A stretch of DNA of 64,000 bases from Macrostomum lignano (Eukaryota). Both the position numbers and the translations under genes were made by a program. Shown piece after piece: positions 61,367-64,000 of the stretch. Each line of letters begins with the position of its first letter. The first letter of the stretch is position 1. The DNA lies in the NCBI GenBank assembly GCA_002269645.1, contig NIVC01002826.1, positions 73,731 through 137,730 on the forward strand, in the 5' to 3' direction. The notes under the pieces are model-generated. The model made no database searches, was not told the DNA's origin, and was given only the letters and a program-made list of their open reading frames with translations.

Positions 61367-62995
61367 AAGTCTTGGATTCGAATGTAGATTTTTCTTATAC
61401 TTTTCATTTCTATATATATACAGGGGTACATCCGTGAGCTATTAATTCATGCGTATATCATGTCGGCTTGTCCCCTAAATCTGTTCATTAAGACTTACTA
61501 AGAATTGGGAGACAACGCAGACAAAATCTGCTGCTTGGCTAAATACGCTGTGCACAGGAAAAAAAACATTGCGGGCAATTCGCTCGCGGGCAATTCTCAT
61601 GAGCCCCAATCCGCGTATGCTACAATAGATTTGCTGCGTCAATTTCGCTTTCATCTAGCCAGTAATTTTTGTTTTGAGCAGGCAAATTCCACAAAGTTAA
61701 TAAATAGTTCTAAATGTTGCTTTGCGAATCTAAAGCAAGATTCGTGTACAATTACTATTCTTTCGCAAAGGTTGGCTTATAATTATCTGTGGCGCAGCGT
61801 AACGACTTTTTCAATTCACTTTTTATTCATGCGCTGTAATATTGTTGTAAAACTCATCAACGTTAGAAAATTAAACACTGATTAATAATAGCGCTGTGTC
61901 CGCGCTATGCTACTAGATGAGGCTTATTTAGTAGCGAATAATGCTTATAGCTACTGTTCTGCTGCATCCAGCTTTTGCTTATACACTACAATATTGATAC
62001 TGAGTTTTTAAGCGTCTATATATATGGAGAATGTTACAAAAGCTTTCGCAAATTGTTAATATGTTTCATTTGAGAGCAAAAGATACATTAAATTTTCTTG
62101 CATTTATTTTTTTTACCACCATTCACCATACTTAGCTTTTTATATAGCTTTTTGTAAGCCTAGGCGTGGAGCTTATGGATATGGACAGTGTTAGGGCTTG
62201 TAGATAGGCTCGTTAGCTACTATCATTCGCCAGGATCATCTTTCTCACCAATTGAGTATAGCAAATTGAGTATAGCAACCATTCTTAATTGATCCATAGT
62301 GGCCATATAATTCGTGCAGATGTACTTTGGATTGGAACCTTTTCTTGCTTAACATGAGGTACTTCTCAAGTGCGCTTAATCGGTGCGGCCAAAGCATTTC
62401 CATTATATAAATTAACTTGTGTCCGAATTTCCTCTAGTGGCTTCCGAGTTTTCAGCCGTGGAATGATTTCTGAACCTGTGCATAATTGCATAATATATAG
62501 GCGTGCTAATTGTGTATGTAACAAGCCCTCTGACTCCGCTTAATGGCAAAGTATGCATAGGCTGATGGCTCGGACTACTAGATTCTTGCTGTATTGTCAC
62601 GCAGTCACCGCAAACCGGATGCCACATCTCGTTCACAATCGCGTGAGAGCAATACTTTTGATTATTTTATGGTTATGCTTTATGTGCTGCTCTATATTTA
62701 GCAGCGCGTCTACCATTGATGAGTTAGACCTCCATGCGCTTGCACTAATTCCCTTTTCCATTTCGCTTTTATCTGGCGACCAACTCGGGTTCTATTTAAT
62801 CCAGAGGGATTTTTAGGTTAAACTAAGCTGCTAAGATTTTTTGGCCGGTCACGTACGTGAGCTTCGAGAAAAGATGTGAACTGTTTGCGTCCGCTCCGGA
62901 CACCGGACCTATAAGCAGACAGCTTCTCAGGAAATTGCATCTGCCGATTTTGAGTCCACTATTCTATAGAGGATTTCAAAGTTAAAATCTACGAG

Positions 62996-63130
62996 TACGA
63001 GGGCTGTCCCAAAATTAGCTAGTGTTTTTTCATTATATCTCTCGTTCTGATGATCCAAATAACGCCCTTTCGTACAATTTTATAGCGGCAAGTCTCTATA
63101 TTATGATCTCATAGTTCTAACATTCTTTAT
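62996..63130 (+). mobile_element. Possible single Tc1/mariner terminal repeat
   Basis: TA-cgagggctgtcccaaaa resembles the 16815/19845 ends; no partner end found in the window. Confidence 0.35.
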
Positions 63131-64000
63131 AACAGACAATCAAAACAAGTTATGAACAAAAGTTGTGATTCGTAAGAGATATTATACTTCAAGTACTTGA
63201 GGTCGGACTCGTGGCTGACTGCCAGAATTGCCAGAATTGCACTTATTCTTATAACGAAGAGGATATATTTTGAAAATTAAAATTCCTTTTGAGGGAGCTA
63301 TTTATATAAATCAAGAGGGCCGAAACTATTGAATATCACCAATTAAACCACTTTAAAGCTCACTTTCAGGGAGGTTATTGACATAAGATCCCCCAGAATG
63401 CAAATAATGTCCCGGAAAATCTATATCTATATCTATATCTAGGGCGTTATCCGATATTACTGAATAGTAGGACCATAGATAATTAAAATACTGCGCTCGC
63501 AGTCCCAAGACTCACAGCTACCACAAAAAATTACCAGTAACTCGACTATAAGACTTACAGCAAGTCAACAAGCTAGCGAGAAAGTACTCCGCGTACTTTT
63601 GATTGAATGTACTCAAACTTTGCTGTTAGACTGCTGTCTAAGAGACGTCTATAGTAAACCTAACGATGAAATCGTATCTTCAGTAAACGTTTTTAACATA
63701 CGATACGATACACTGTACAGGATAATGTTACAGTAAGGTTACAGTCTGCTGATACTGCATGTGCACTTTTATCACTTCCGTTTGCATACAGATGGCTGTT
63801 TGGGAACTCTGGGAGGTTCTTTGACTGTTAATTCGACGCGTGCATTCAGATATTTCATTTTTCACTTTCAATTTCACTGAAACGCCGAAGAAAAAAGGAA
63901 GGCATCTACACGGTGAAAGTACCACAAACGCATGAAGAAAATGAAGTTAACTGCATCTGCATGCCTATATATTTGCAAAAAAGGTTGAGTTGTTTGATTT

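Overview
Eukaryotic (animal) genomic DNA with GT-AG introns and very high minisatellite content; no prokaryotic features or CRISPR arrays were seen. TTAGGG repeats, satellite-filled introns and the RTE/SINE content suggest a free-living flatworm such as Macrostomum, but the organism is an inference. Six genes can be spliced by hand with consistent phases: Munc18/unc-18 (5 exons, 617 aa), an NPY/NPF-type GPCR (2 exons, 457 aa), a transglutaminase with intact Cys-His-Asp triad (11 exons, 741 aa), an FABP (3 exons, 142 aa), a KLF10/11-like factor (2 exons, 340 aa) and an intronless TRAPPC1/Bet5. Two further genes are not resolved by the ORF track: a 63-aa four-exon acidic protein ending in CCAVI (CaaX), and a candidate secreted Cys-rich protein head-to-head with the GPCR. 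Mobile DNA includes three RTE-like fragments that all break within about 50 nt upstream of the YADD motif (one with twin-priming 5' inversion geometry), an internally deleted mariner whose left TIR is split by a 2-kb TG...CA insert, hAT-type MITEs, two copies of a tRNA-derived SINE and a decayed RNase H-bearing LINE. Most long ORFs in the supplied track are artefacts of tandem repeats.
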